64,000 nt of DNA from Octopus sinensis (GCF_006345805.1 NC_043014.1:31062001-31126000); one strand, 5' to 3'. Shown: positions 12,237 through 25,879, numbered from the stretch's first letter. Notes: generated by a model not told the origin, from the letters alone. A program made the numbers and translations.

Positions 12237-12597
12237 TTAATGCACTTTATATATACATTTTATATACTTAAGCAAAATATTTTAGACTTAATATACTACA
12301 CTCTCCCTCTTTCTCTCTCTCACTCTTCACCTTATTCTCTTTCTTTTTTCTTTTGCTCTTTACCTTTCCCTTCAACTAATCGTGTGAAAGTGTTACAGAT
12401 GAACTAAGTAACGGAGGAAAAAAAACTTAGTTAAAAAAATACACATTTCACTCACCACCACCTCTCCCTTCCATTCCTTCCTCCTGTCCTCTCTCCCCTA
12501 CCTACCTAACACCCTCCTTTTCCAAATAATCACGTGCAAGCGTTACGGACAGGCTAAGTAATGGAGTGATAAGCAGATTTATCATAGGATGGTTCCA

Positions 12598-12800
12598 GAT
12601 TTTGGCACAAGGCAAGCAATTTCAGGGGTAGGGGTAAGTCAATTACATCAACCCCAGTGCTCAATTGGTATTCATTTTATCAACTCTGAAAGGAAGACAG
12701 GCAAAGTTGACCTCAGAAGCATTTGAACTCACTACGTTAAGTCAGAAGAAATGCTGCAAAGCATTTCTTCAGCATGCTAATGATTTTGCCAACTCACCTC
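12598..12800 (-). mobile_element. Family-A SINE
   Basis: Same head and body motifs as 1452-1665. Confidence 0.75.
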
Positions 12801-13008
12801 ATTATAATAATTTAATCTTGTTATGTTTTATTAAGTCAACTCCAATATTTTATAAAAATTGTGTCAGGTTTGTTGTATAAAGCCAATAATTAGTGTACAA
12901 TAATGATGTATAACTTTTTCTCCTGGGGCTTTTGATATTTATTTTATCACCTGTTACCCAATACTGACTAAATAAAAACCAAAAGTCAGCACTTAAGTAC
13001 AAATTTAA

Positions 13009-13226
13009 CCTTTTAGCGTTTATACTAGCCATGTTTTACTCAAAATTTTCTGCCTGTTTTATGTTCAGACCAACCAGATCTGGCCTTTCACAACTGCCAG
13101 AAAATACCATTCTAAAAATAAACCATCACTTGAAGCTGTGAGATAATGTGCCATTAATTCTAAACAATATGAATAAATAAATAAATAAATATTACATTTG
13201 ACAAAGTAATCTGAATGTTAAAACAG
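13009..13226. mobile_element. TTAA-type MITE, family 2
   Basis: TTAA|CCTTTTAGCG ... CTGAATGTTAAAACAG|TTAA; reverse-orientation homolog of 41498-41722 and 46004-46199. Confidence 0.7.
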
Positions 13227-13518
13227 TTAAATCAAACTATAAATAAACAAATGCTTATGCAGCAAATACTATACATGTTCAACTGCTTTCTTGTTCCTGG
13301 TGTCTTAAACTGTAGACTACAAAATTGATTTTCCTAAATATACAAATGTCACCGTGGTCCACTTCTGGGTCATATGACCCACAGTGTGCATAACAATGAA
13401 GTGTTATAGGATCTTCATATGGTCAGTTTAGAAGATAGTTGAAAGTGTCTGTGGATATTACTGAGCTTTAACAACCCTTAAGATGCTGACTGTGATTGGG
13501 CAGTTATGAACATAGACA

Positions 13519-14808
13519 CATCATCATTGTTTAATGTCTGCTTTCCATTCTGGTATGGATGGTGTGACTGAGGACTGGCAAGCCAGAAGGCTGCACCAGG
13601 TTCCAATATGATCTGGCATGTTTCTACAGCTGGATGCCCTTCCTAATGCCAACTGCTCTGAGAGTGTAGTAAGTGCCTTTTAGATGCCACCGACATGGAA
13701 GCCGGTCAGGCAGCACTGATGTTAACTACGCTCGAATGGTGCTTTATATGTGCCACCAATACAGGAGCCAGTCAGGTGGCACTGGCATCTACCATGCTCA
13801 AGTGGTACTTTTTACGTGCTACCAACACAGGTGCCAGTTAGGCAGCACTGGTATTGACCACACTCGAATGGTGCTTTTTACATTCCAGTCAGACAGCACT
13901 GGCATCGGCCACGACTATGACTTCACTTGGCTCAACAGGTCTTCTCAAGCATAGCATATTGCCTGACAATTTAAGGGTACTTTCAAATGGGCCAGTTATG
14001 TGACACTGGCATCGGCCACAGCTACAATCTTGGCTTGCCGGGTCTTCTCAAGCACAGTATATCTTCAAAGGTCTCAGTCACTTGTTACCTCTGTGAGGCA
14101 CAACATTCAAAGGTCATGCTTCACCACCTCATCCTATGTCTTCCTGGGTCTACCTCTTCCACAGGTTCCCTCCACTGTTAGGGTGTGACATTACTTCACA
14201 CAGCTGTCCTCATCCATACATAACACATGACCATACCAGCACAATCGTCTCACTTGCACACCTCATCTGATGTTCTTATGTCCAACTTTTCTCTCAGGGC
14301 GCTTACACTTTGTCATGTATGCACCTGACATTACGCATCCAGCGGATCATACTAGCTTCATTTCTTTCAAGTTTACGCATGTCCTCAGCAGTCACAGACC
14401 ATGTTTCACTGCCATGTAGCATGGCTGTTTGCATACAGGCATTATACAATTTACTTTTCACTCTGAGCAAGAGGCCCTTTGTCACCAGCAGAGGTAGGAG
14501 CTCTCTGAACTTTGCCCAAGCTATTCTTATTCTAGCAGCTACACTCTCAGAGCATCTACCCTTGCTACTGACTTGATCACCTAGGTAATGGAAGCTATCA
14601 ACTACTTGTAGTTTTTTTCCCTGGCATATAATAGAATCTGTTATTTGTACATCTGTGTTTATTGTCCCTGTGCATCTGCCACACACAAAAACTATCTTCC
14701 CAGTTAGCCTTCCTTTGATATGGCTGCACCTCTTATGTGTCCATAGCTTATACCAAGTACATCTTATGGAGTTTCTACCTATGCCTTTTCTACAGATCGA
14801 GCAGGGCC
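13519..14808 (-). mobile_element. 5'-truncated RTE-clade LINE (Cys-rich insert, RT C-terminal region, 3' UTR, (GAT)n tail)
   Basis: ORF 14303..14932 contains CSICRKG..C..C..W.HKRC, FHYLGD, RIRIAWAKFREL and MLHGSETW, and continues LREKLDI...WYGHV...GRGRPRKT. Repeated 3' UTR modules end in ATGATG at ~13519. Confidence 0.92.
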
Positions 14809-15384
14809 AATAATAATAATAATAATAATAATTATAATGGGTGTTAAAGTGAGAGAGAATTGAATTGAACATAGGGTTTCTTAAGTTTACTATAACATAT
14901 GACGTGGAATAAACGATACTGTGTGGGTACATAGATAAATTTACGAATAATAATAGTAATTACAATTTGCGCTGTAAAATGAGGTTTAGATGTGTGTTAG
15001 GTTGGAGACGAGTTGCTTATCTGAACATTTTCTCTTTTTCTGACTTCAACTTTGTGAGGCAAGGTTGTAAATATGAGGTAGGGAATCTGAAAGGAGCTAA
15101 TTTATATAGGGTGGGGGTGGGGGAAGTGGAAGGAATATCCTCGTGTTGGCCAAAGAACACACACACACACACACATACAAATACATGCACCCCACTCTCT
15201 CTCTCTTACATACTTACATGTATACATACGTGAGCATGTGCACACTTATATATGACAGTGTTGTAGATTTGACTGTTTTTTTTAAGATTTACTCATATTT
15301 TCTGTTAAGCTCTTTGTAGTTTCCAAATCAAAGTGTAAAGAACCAAAAGGAATTATGGTAAACAAAAATTTATAATTAAGAAGT

Positions 15385-15485
15385 GTAGGAATGGTTATGT
15401 GGTAAGAAGTTTGCATGCCAGTTACATGATTTCGGGTTAAGTCCTACTGAATGGCACCTTGGGAAAGTGTCTTCTACTATAGTTT
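15385..15485 (+). mobile_element. Family-B SINE head (truncated)
   Basis: GGTTATGTGGTAAGAAG...GGGTTAAGTCCTACTG...GGCACCTTGGGAAAGTGTCTTCTACTATAG. Confidence 0.7.
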
Positions 15486-15564
15486 ATCCAACTTATGCCA
15501 GCATCAAAAGTAGATGTAAAAGGATGATTATGTTGATGGTAATATATTGATTAGGGTAAGGGCA

Positions 15565-16270
15565 ACAAGATGGCAGAATCATTACCACACGAGGATAAAT
15601 GCTTAGCTTCATGTCTTCTGACTTTGGAATCTAAGATCAAATACTGTCAGGGTCAATAAAATACCAGTTGATCATTGGGGTTCATGTAATCAACTTAGCC
15701 ACTTCAATTGAACTTGCTGGCTTTGCCCCAAAATTTGAAACCAATATATCAAGTAAGACAACCTATTTTGTGTTGCTGCTGCAGTAAATGGCTCCACTGC
15801 ACTTTAAATCAATTCGTGGTAAGAAAGGCATCTCCCTAGCAGTCATACCGAAAATTAGGCACATGATTAAGATGTGGTCTCTGACCTGCATAGGATCTTC
15901 AGGCTGTGTTAACAGAGCCAACTCTTGCCAGCATGGAAAAGTGGGACTCAAATGATGATGGTAATGATGAGGATATAAATGCTTTGTTCATATGTACAAC
16001 TACATAAGTAACTGTGTCTATGTTTGTGTGTTTGTTTGTTACTACAGTAGTAGTAGTAGTCTTTTCTACTAAAGGCACAAGGCCTGAAATTTGGGGAGGG
16101 GGGATAGTTGATTACACCGAACCTAGTACTCACTTGGTATTTATTTTATTGACCCTGAAAGGATGAAAGGCAAAGTTGACATTGGTGGAATTTGAGCTCA
16201 GAATGTAATGATGGACAAAAAGTTGCTGAGCAGTTTGCCTGGCATGTTAATGATTCTGCCAGCTTGCTAC
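15565..16270. mobile_element. Family-A SINE (+, ~15565-15745), RTE tail (+, ~15830-15962), family-A SINE (-, ~16062-16268)
   Basis: Motif identity with the other copies described. Confidence 0.7.
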
Positions 16271-16344
16271 TTTAACAATACTAATAATGATGATGATGAT
16301 AGATTCCCCCATCAAAAACGATGTATGAGCATTCAGCTTTTCTT

Positions 16345-16577
16345 GAACGATTTGCACAAATGGTTTGTTTATAGTGATCAACTGTTTGTGCCACACATTA
16401 GCTCATTCTCTCCATCAAATTGACATTGTTTGAACAGGTGCATGGTGTACCACGTGTCATGTGTTGAAGTGATTGCAGAGCAATGAGATGAAGTGTTAAG
16501 AACACAACGCACCACCTGATCTAGGAATTGATATCATGACTGCTAGATTGTGACTGCAACACCCTACCCACTAAGTC
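16345..16577 (-). mobile_element. tRNA-derived SINE, family C (degenerate)
   Basis: Minus head CTTAGTGGGTAGGGTGTTG...GATATCAATTCC...GTGCGTTGTGTTCTT resembles the clear copy at 61877. Confidence 0.55.
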
Positions 16578-16600
16578 ATGTACCCTCAATAATAATGCTG

Positions 16601-16635
<35 letters not shown>

Positions 16636-18191
16636 CTTTCATCATTAACTTTTCATCTTTTCAGAGTTGATAAAATAAAGCACTAGTGAAGAACCAGTGT
16701 TGATTTGATCTATTCTTGTGCCTATGTTAGAAATTACAGTTGTTATTATTTGGGGTTGGTGGATTGCAGGAATGACTTATATGTTCTGTGTTCAGAATGG
16801 ACCATAGTGAATATTTCCAAAATAAGTACTTATAATGAATAACAGTTGATTCAGTAGTACTCTTCCTCTACAAATATATAGCATTCAGTACGAATATATA
16901 ATATTAAGTATTGTGGAGCCAACTAGGCTGTCTTTATGCAATCAGTCTCAGAAATAGCAATATTTTTTTCTCCTCAAACAAGTTAAGAGAGAAACAACAC
17001 ATTGAATAGTGTAGTCATAGATAAATTATGCGAGGGGAAGATGAGATGGTCATGCTTAGAACATCATTGATCAGGGCTGGCCTGTGACTGAGCAACATTA
17101 TAATTATTGTTTGAATAGTTTTGCTTTAATCATGCAGTCAAACTTTCCGCATATTCAGCTGCTCAGCCTAACAGTCGATATCCTCCAATACCTTTCTTAC
17201 TGTTTCATCATGGGAACCACATAATTCAAGTTCTAAACCATTAGCCAATATGTCTTACAATAAAAAAAAATCTTACTACAGTTAGAATGTTCAGTCATGC
17301 TGGTATCTGGCCCAAATTTTACCTACTGGACATTTTACAGTTTCATTTAATGTTACATGCTAGAGTTGCTGCTTTGTACTCGAGTGTTCACTTTTATGTT
17401 ACAAGTCCGCTCACACAGAGCTAACCAATTGTGTTTTATTTACATACCAGAGATGTTTGATCAGTGATTTGTTGTTTCACTATTTGAGTGTTGACTTCTG
17501 TACAAATCTGCTCAAAGAGAGTTAGCCAAGGACATTTACACACCAATAGCAACACAGAGAAACCTATTTATCAATTTGCTCTTATTTTGATACTCCATTT
17601 GCTAATTGTCTTTTTTTGTGTTCTTCTTTTTCTGCTGTCCAATAATTGGGACACTGAGAGATAAGTGTTGCTAGGACACAGCATAGTATCACTATCATAG
17701 CAGTAAAGACAGAACATACAGATGAGGATGCTGCCAGGATACAACATATCGATCCTTACTCCATAATCATAAAATTTCTAAAGTATCACATCTTCCTCAT
17801 CCTTTCCTCCTGTGTTGATCAGAGATTTAACTACATGATCACCACCATATGTTGGAAAAAAACAAACTTCAGCTGACCTGAATATTGAAGCCTCTATGGA
17901 TATTCAGTCATTGACAGACTGGTCTTGTTGGACAGTTTGTACATCTGGGAAGGAGAGAGGGAGTCAGCTTGAAGAACCTGCTATGGCCCTTCTACTAATT
18001 ATATTGCCATGGTTATTGAAACTTGCAACGTGTTATAAGGGATGCTAGTTACAAGTCTGGTCAACTAAGTAGAAGACATAGTGAACCATTTATGGAGGCC
18101 ATTTCTAAATATTCAATTCTCTTTCTCATTATTATCTCACCCAAGAATACAGAAAAAAACCTAAGCACACATTCATGTGCATGTACACACA

Positions 18192-18237
<46 letters not shown>

Positions 18238-18296
18238 GCTAACAAATAAACATGCACATGAGCAAACATGCATGTGTACATATGACACAAATGGGG

Positions 18297-18329
<33 letters not shown>

Positions 18330-18394
18330 GAGATACACAGCATATTTCTGCATGCCTATATATATATATATACACATATGTATATACTTTAATA

Positions 18395-18560
18395 TCTGTT
18401 TATCATGCTGTCATGGGTTGGATGGCTTCACAGAAGCTGGCAAGGCCAGGGGCCATGCCAGGTTCCATAGTCTGTTTTGCTGTGGTTTCTATGTTTGGAT
18501 GCTCTACCTAATGCCAACCACTTTACAGGGCACCATCACCAATGTTTTTTACATGGTATC
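18395..18560 (-). mobile_element. RTE-type LINE 3' tail fragment
   Basis: CATGCTGTCATGGG...GGATGCTCTACCTAATGCCAACCACTTTACAG. Confidence 0.7.
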
Positions 18561-18769
18561 ACATTATTCAACTGCCCAATCAATGAGAACGTATGTCTGT
18601 AGTCCTATAAATCACACGTAAATGCAATGAATCCCACATTGGAAGTACCATTATGCAAGTGCACATGTAGGTTAAAGATCACTTCTATGCTGATGCTTCT
18701 TCCATAAAAAAAAAAAACACCTGCAGCAATGCAATACCAGAAATATCCAGATCTTCATTAATACCATGG

Positions 18770-18850
18770 AATGAAACATTGAGAACTCGAGAATAAAAGA
18801 AGCCATCATAATTAGCAAGACCAACCCCACTATTAACAATAGAACCTATC
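18770..18850 (+). mobile_element. Penelope-like element GIY-YIG C-terminal remnant
   Basis: 18790-18843 translates RIKEAIIISKTNPTINNR, resembling the (R/K)IKEA.xI...P.LN motif that ends PLE endonucleases; upstream in-frame stop at 18772. Confidence 0.5.
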
Positions 18851-20119
18851 TGCATGCAGCTGTTTGTCTATTATAGCAATGCTATCCACTACATGTAAAA
18901 TACTCTCTTCTCTCCTTTCTCTCTCTCTCCACGCACACTACAGAAGCACTGAAAAGCTAGCTCACAACACTAAATCTCCATTTCCTTTTCCTGAAGGATC
19001 AGTTTTAAGTTTGAAATATTGAAATATAGACAAAAGTAAAGGCCGTTGACTTACCTTCTTTACTATTACTCACTTTATTTTGGTATTATTCATGGACAAT
19101 TATACTTAGACTACCTTTGGACCTCTAGTTCTTATCAGAATACGTCTAAAGCTTAGGATACTCTTATGTAAAACCTGAAAATCATTCAGTTTCTAGTTGT
19201 CCCAACCAGTGTTGGCTATTGGGATGGGTGCTGTTCTGTGCTTGCTTCATTCACTAGATATAATTACATGCACAAAAGCTGCTTAGAATCACGAATAAAG
19301 GTCTTTTGAAAAATTGTTGCTGTAGGTATTACCCATTTGCAGCAATGAAATACTGCCATGTCTATAATTTTTTCACTCATGAGTATACATAGTAGGTATA
19401 TTATAGGTCGTAGCAGTTTTGTTTGTCCAATTAGCTGCATCTGTTGCTGCTCTTTAAGAAGTCTGTCAAATGGTCATACTCAGACACAAGTCGACTTCAA
19501 CCATATATGTACGTATGTGTTTGTGTGCACACTAATCATTGTCCTCCATAAATTAATGTTAATGATTGAAAATATAGAAACACTGTTGTTTTTCCCTACT
19601 TTGTAAATTTTCCATTGAAACAATGACTGAATGGTGTGTCACTACCTGGTGAGTTTCACTACTAGCATTGAGCTAACAAGGGATTCTTGAATACCCTGAA
19701 ATTGCACCCTATTTTTTTAGAAAAGAACATATTAGATGATGCCAACTTGCATTCTCTGCAACTTGGAATAATGTTTTGATCATGGGCGTATTCTATCAGA
19801 GCTGCCCTGGAGATAAACAACAATTGTTCCACTAGTCTGACCTTCTTGCAAGAGAAACTAAATATCTCAGAAATCACACTCGCCTACTACCAAAAACAGT
19901 GAGTGGAGAGGGACACACTGGTAATATAGTCCTTGATACATAGTGTCTGAATAAAAGGCAAGGATTGTTATGGCTGGAACACCTCTGATTTTGAGCCTTT
20001 CTGTATTAAGGCTGATTTGGAACTAGGCAACAACTGGTGTCCTTCTACAGAAGTGATACATAACAATGTATGTAAACATGGTAATAATAGTATTGCTTCG
20101 TAAACAAATGTTTACAAAG

Positions 20120-20560
20120 CAGGATGTCCGTATCTGTTGCAGGCTTGCTAATGCCCAATGAGGCCAATTCAGGCCAAAAATCATGACCACAGAGGTTGCA
20201 GTGGAAGAACGGCTGATGAGAGTTGGTCATAATGTCTTTGTTTTTCCTCCTTTTTATCTTGTCTGCAAGGATCGTCTTGCAGATGTCTCCAAAGGGAGGT
20301 TGTTGCCTGGAGGACAGCGAGATGCTAGGCTTCATGCTTAATGGCAATAACTGATCAATCAGTGTGGCAAGCACCCAGGGATTTCTTAAGGGTGTCCCTG
20401 TACTCCTTTGGTGCTCCTCTATCATGGTAACCAGAGAAGAGTTTGCCATACAGTGTGATCTTGGGAAGTCGATGATCATCCTCCATTCTGCTGATTTGTC
20501 ATGCTCAGTTTTGCTGTGTCTTCAACAGAGTTGCTTTGATGCTGGTGGCCTTCACTTTCT
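20120..20560 (-). mobile_element. RTE-BovB-like LINE 3' coding end
   Basis: Minus-strand KVKATSIKATLLKTQ...RMEDDHRLPKITLYGKLFSGYHDRGAPK..YRDTLKKSLGACH, and terminal C..CG.DFLA*IGLIGH*QAC zinc-finger-like motif across frameshifts. Confidence 0.88.
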
Positions 20561-20629
20561 ATAGGACCTCAACATTAGTGATAAAGTCACACTAGTGGAT
20601 GATGCAAAGGCAATGCAAACATTCATTTA

Positions 20630-20690
20630 ACATATTCACATTCGTCTCTATGATCTCTTTCCATCTGTCAATGACCTTTTTAATGCCTCA
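20630..20690 (-). mobile_element. Mariner transposase C-terminal scrap
   Basis: TCTCTATGATCTCTTTCCATCTGTCAATGACCTTTTTAATGCC is nearly identical to 22188-22230; minus strand GIKKVIDRWKEIIE. Confidence 0.55.
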
Positions 20691-21397
20691 CACACCTGGG
20701 GGTGTTTTGTGGTGTGTGTATGGATGGTGAGAATTTAGAACACTGGAATGATTATGTTCTAGTCTGGTTTGGGTATGCACCACCTACCCATTCTGTTACA
20801 CCCCAGGATTTTCTGTATTGTATGCACAAAGATGATGGCAGGGACTGTAGTGGAAGCAAGGGAAAGTAAATTGAATAATTAACCTTGGCTCGGTGTAATT
20901 CTTCAGGATTTATATGATGGTAGTGGCAGCAGCGGCTAGCTACCGTTGCTAGGTCAGTCAAAAACTACAATCAATGACTACAAAACACATACACTCTCTG
21001 TCTGTCTGTCTGTCTGGCTCTCTTTCTCTCTCTCTCATATACAACCTGTAGAAACTTCATGCCTGTGTATACAAACTTCTACACAACTTTTTTTACATTT
21101 CACACTTTTATACATTTCACATGCTCTTTTCTCTTTTCTGTTTCCCTATCTATTTCTCTTCTCTTCTCATTATACTCAATTTTTATTTTCACTCCTTCTC
21201 TCTCATTGTAATGAAAATTCTGTAATAAAGATGTAGAACAGAACAGAACAAAGCTTTTTTCTGGTTATGATTCAGCATGATGACAGTCAACACTGTGTGT
21301 TCATGATGAGTGTGTATTTATCTCTTTTCTTGATGTGTGTATTTCTGTCGAATTTTTTCATGTCTTTTTCTGTAATGCATTTGTGCATTCCAGTATT

Positions 21398-21466
<69 letters not shown>

Positions 21467-22080
21467 ATATATATAAAGCTTGTGTATTCATGTCTCTTTC
21501 ATGAAGGACAATGCGATTTTCTTTCTATCCACTGATCCACTTGCTGCTGACCTTCTATAGTCAAATCCTAGTACACTACTGCAGTTTGATGTTTTGCATT
21601 CCTTGAACGTGCTCTGTAAATGGTGAGGGCTGGACAGTTTCTGGTTTCTACCCTGTTATAATATCCTCATAATTGACATTATATCAAACTCTTTTTCTTG
21701 TCCCTACATTTTGACATCCTTACAATCATATTTAACTTCTGTACCAGGGCTTCAAAGATTCTGCAAAGTCTGTGACATTTCTGATAGTTACCTGAAGATT
21801 TTGTTTTATTTTCATTGTAGCCTATCCCTTTTTCCTTAGCATTTGCCACACATCCATAGTAAGGCATTAATTCTGTCATTCTGGTACAATAACTCAATAT
21901 GTTGTCACTTTGTCTTACTGACATTACAGATGTTGACTGAAATCAGTTGTTAATTTTATAGGTGTTTACCACTAACTACACCAGTGAACATTATGTTTCA
22001 GTGAAGTCTACCACTCTTCACTGATACTACAGTGGACTATATCACCCTGCACTAATGCTACAGACTATACCACTCTGTAC

Positions 22081-23015
22081 TATCAAGTTATAATGAAAGT
22101 TCTGTCTGTTTTTTAAGGCTGAATAAGCCCCCCCCCCCCCAAAAAAAAACTATCTGATTTATTTAATCATTAATATAGTCACCATTCTTCTCTATGATCT
22201 TTTTCCATCTGTTGTTGACCTTTTTAATGCCACATTCATAAAATTCCTTAGGTTCAGAAGTGAAAAAGAAAATTCATTCATTTTCCATTTCTGCTCTTGA
22301 AGCCAGTCTTAATCCACTCAATGATTTTGTAATAAAAAGATGGAAATCTGTAGGTGCAAGTTCTGGAGAATATGGTGGATGCTGGCTCTTCACCATGACT
22401 GAGCCACAGACGTTTTCACTTAACATTATGGTAGTGTATCCATTTTTCATCTCCTGTATTGACACTATTCAAAAAAGATATTTGTGGCTCACAAAATTGC
22501 AATGATGTGCAGCAGTCAACATGTTTGTGATTGTTTGCAGAGAGATCATGCAGGACCCATTTTCCAACCTTTGACACTTTACCAAACCCTTTCAATTCAC
22601 AATGAATGGGGTTTTTGCTCATATTGAAACCCATGGTTAGTTCCTGAGCTGTAACAGTCAGGTTTGCTTCAATAGTGCATCTGGATGCTCTTCTCTTGAT
22701 TCATCCTGTAGGCTGATATCCTCATTTCTGAATTGTGAAGACTACCTTCTGCTTGCATTATTCCTTTTTGAAATTCCTAAAGAATAACATGATGAATATA
22801 TTCTTTGTTTGGAATGAACATGGGGCCAATACAGCAACTTCAGTTATGATAAAACTGACAAAATCTGAAAGAAAATGATATACTATTGATTTTGTCCTAT
22901 TTCATATAGAAAAATAGAATTGAGAAGTTAAATACCTTTAAATCTAACTAGATGTTTACTAAAAAAAAAATTTTTAATAAAGCAAAGCAGTCAGAACTTT
23001 CACCGCAACATGATA
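22081..23015 (-). mobile_element. Defective mariner transposon with both TIRs (935 bp including TA flanks)
   Basis: Minus peptides GKWVLHDL (WVPHEL motif), TGDEKWIHY and HPPYSPELAPTDFHLF (YSPDL motif). Ends 22081-22108 and 22988-23015 are inverted repeats matching at 22/28. Confidence 0.92.
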
Positions 23016-23437
23016 ATACTATAGTGAACTATACCACCTTGTACTAAAGTTACAGTGAAATATACTACTCTGTATTATTATAGCTTGCAGTGAAGTAGAC
23101 TGCATTATTGTGATGTATCTTCTTCATACTTGCTTTAATGAAATGACCTTCTAATTTTTGATTGGTTGACACTATAACAATGACTCATAAAAGGAAAAAA
23201 AAAAACTTAGATAAGACCTTCCCTCTTCCCTGAAAACTTAATGTATCAACACTTACATTTTGGAGCATTGGTTTAGAAGATTTATTTTGCAAATATGCAG
23301 GCCAGAGTCCAACTGTGCATTGCATTGGGCAAGTGTCTTTTACCAAAGCCTCAGGTCACAATTGTGAGCAAAATTAGAGAGACAGAAAACTAGAAGATTG
23401 TGAAGTGAGCTGTACCTGATCTTGGGTAGTATATTAA

Positions 23438-23658
23438 CCCTTTTGTTACCATATTTCTATTGAGATGTTCTGTGTTTCTTTCAAATACTTTAAATGTAAC
23501 AAAGAATTTAGTAAAATAACTTAGTTATCATTAAGCTAGTGTTAGGAACATAAAACGTGATTAAGGCTTGATAGAAGATTTTAATTCAGAACTTTTGAAA
23601 ACAAGACATTTGTACTGCAGAGCCAGAGGCGGTTTCAGCCGGGTTGGTAACGAAAGGG
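23438..23658. mobile_element. TTAA-type (piggyBac-like) MITE, family 1, intact ends
   Basis: TTAA|CCCTTTTGTTACCA ... TGGTAACGAAAGGG|TTAA; TIR 13/14 with a perfect TTAA duplication. Confidence 0.9.
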
Positions 23659-23929
23659 TTAATCTCTCACTCAGTTGAACCTCACTATTTCTTTCTTGGG
23701 CTTTTATTAGCAAAGTTGACTTATGGTAAATATTCGCAACAGGTGTTCAATCTAAGATAAAACTTGATGTCTTGATATACTCTTTCTTCCTGTAGTAATC
23801 TATGAGTGGGAGAGGGAATCCTTTTCTTCCTCAGCAGTAACTGATATCCTACAAAAAACATGGGTGCTTTCTTTCTTCTTCTGATGAAGCCGTTAAAATA
23901 ATTTAAATATAATTTTCCAGTATATAGTC

Positions 23930-24325
23930 AGGCATGGTATAGGTGCAGGTGTGGTTGTGTGGGAAGAAGTTTGCTTCCCAACCACATGATTCTGGGTTCA
24001 GTCCCATTGCGTGGAACTTTGGGTAAGTGTCTTCTACTATAGCCCTGGATTGACAAAAGACTCATGAGTAGATTAGGGAAACAGAAACTGAAAGAAGCCC
24101 ATGTATGTGTGTGTATGTATCTGTATATGCAAGTGTTTGCATTTGCCCCTACCACTGCTTGCGTATGGGTTTTAGTTTGTTTACATCTTCATGAGTTTCT
24201 GCAAAAGAGACTGATAGAATAAGTACCAGGTTTTAAAAAATAAGTACTGGGTTTAATTTGTTCAACTAAAACACTGCAAGCTGATGCCCCATTATGATTG
24301 CAGTTCAGTGACTGAAACAAGAGAT
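23930..24325 (+). mobile_element. Family-B SINE, near full length
   Basis: Head GTGGTTGTGTGGGAAGAAG...GGGTTCAGTCCCATTGCGTGG, core CTTTGGGTAAGTGTCTTCTACTATAG, central microsatellite, tail GATAGAATAAGTACC...TGACTGAAACAAG. Confidence 0.85.
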
Positions 24326-25399
24326 AAAGCACTCTTTGAACCTTCAGATTTTGTTGGAAGGAATCCCATTTTGTATTAAATATAAAATTTAAACCTTGGT
24401 GACAATCTTTACAATTGTAACAGTGGTCAAATCTTATGCATAAATTTACTGAAAATACCAACATTTTCTGTAAATATTTTCCAAACTTATCTGAGCCATT
24501 TTATTCATTAGAATTCACAACAATGTGGTTGGTTAGCTTCAAAATAAAGAAGCTGTTGAAGAGAAAGGATCTAAGACAAGATAATGACTAACTAAGCCCT
24601 CCAACTCACACTCAAAATCATTATAGTTTTAGTTGGTAAATAATAGACAACTGCTATGATTGTTTGAGGAATGCAGTTACAATTCATGAGTGGTGATGGT
24701 GGTGGTGATGTTGACATTTATGACTCTTAATATTGTTCCAACAAAATCTGTTGTCCTTTTTTTTTTTTCCTTTTCTATTTCACACCGAAATCTGTCATTC
24801 TTTTGTAAGCAACTTAACCTAATTCTGTTCTTTCCAATGTTTAGTCCTCTCCACTAACCATTGACGTGTGCTACTAAAAATAAGTTGTTTATTCATCAAC
24901 ATCATCGGTTTCCCAATGTTAGCTCAGAAGTTTGGAATGTTCTGTAATATGTGTCTTTATGTGTTATAGTTCTGAATTACTTCTACTACTAAGGCCCAAC
25001 ATGCTTGGACATGCCCAAATCACTTCTCAAAATCATTCTTGGTATACCTCTGTCCACAGTTAGCTTCCACCATCAACATCACAACATCTATTTACCCATG
25101 AGCCAATGAGTGAGCCTCTGTGCAGTTTATTCAAACAGTTGGAAAGAAGTATCCAAAATACCCTCAAACCACACCTACCATCTTCAAAACAGAGGAACAC
25201 ATAGCATAATTTAGTCCTAAATGCTTTCTCTAGAAAAAGATGGTAAAGCCAGAGCTGAAATACTTTTGATCATATGTCTACTCATTCAGGTCCAACCTAG
25301 CATTTATCAACAGCTTGTTCCCCTACTCTCATTTTGCACCACCTGCTCTCTTACATCGTCTGCTCTCATTGTGGCTATCTCTCCTGGATACATCTTCCA

Positions 25400-25510
25400 A
25401 TGTTTATGAAACCAAGTCACAAAAAATCTGGCACAACCCTCTGACTCACCTGTTCTTGTCAAACCATCCAACCCATGCCAGCTTGGAAAAGGGGATGTTA
25501 AATGACGATT
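25400..25510 (+). mobile_element. RTE-type tail fragment
   Basis: GTCAAACCATCCAACCCATGCCAGCTTGGAAAAGGGGATGTTAAATGACGAT. Confidence 0.65.
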
Positions 25511-25879
25511 GTTTTGTGAACACTAGCATCATTGATTACAGTTCACTAATTGGTCTATCACTCTTTCCGTTTATATCTGTTCACCATTTGACTTTTCTCA
25601 CTAATGTTTATATCTTTCACTAGTATATATTGGCATTAAAATGCTTGTACATGCATAGCTTTATTAACAAAATTAACCTTCTACTTTTATACTTTGTTTT
25701 CAGATAGTTCTCTTAATTATTGAAAGAAATATGTACCTATTTAAAACACAGTAGGTTAACAGCACTCTTACATATAAAACCCTTTAAACAAAATTATATG
25801 TAATTAATAAAAAATTAATAAAACATCAAGGCACAGGCATTGCTTTGTGATAACAAGTTTACTTCTCAAGAACATGGTT

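Noticed and set aside
14303-14932. Host PHD/zinc-finger gene
   Set aside because: The Cys-rich part is embedded in RTE reverse-transcriptase C-terminal sequence and followed by the LINE tail.
19055-19174. 120-nt minus-strand segment with strong splice sites (TTTTCAG|G ... AAG|GTAAGT)
   Set aside because: Stops occur in all three frames; it could only be a non-coding exon, which cannot be supported without expression data.
19662-19877. ORF loosely resembling a LINE endonuclease (CKLASSNMFF)
   Set aside because: Only one weak motif; other expected APE motifs are absent.
21480-21924. Possible reverse-transcriptase relic on the minus strand
   Set aside because: Similarity is too degenerate to assign by eye.
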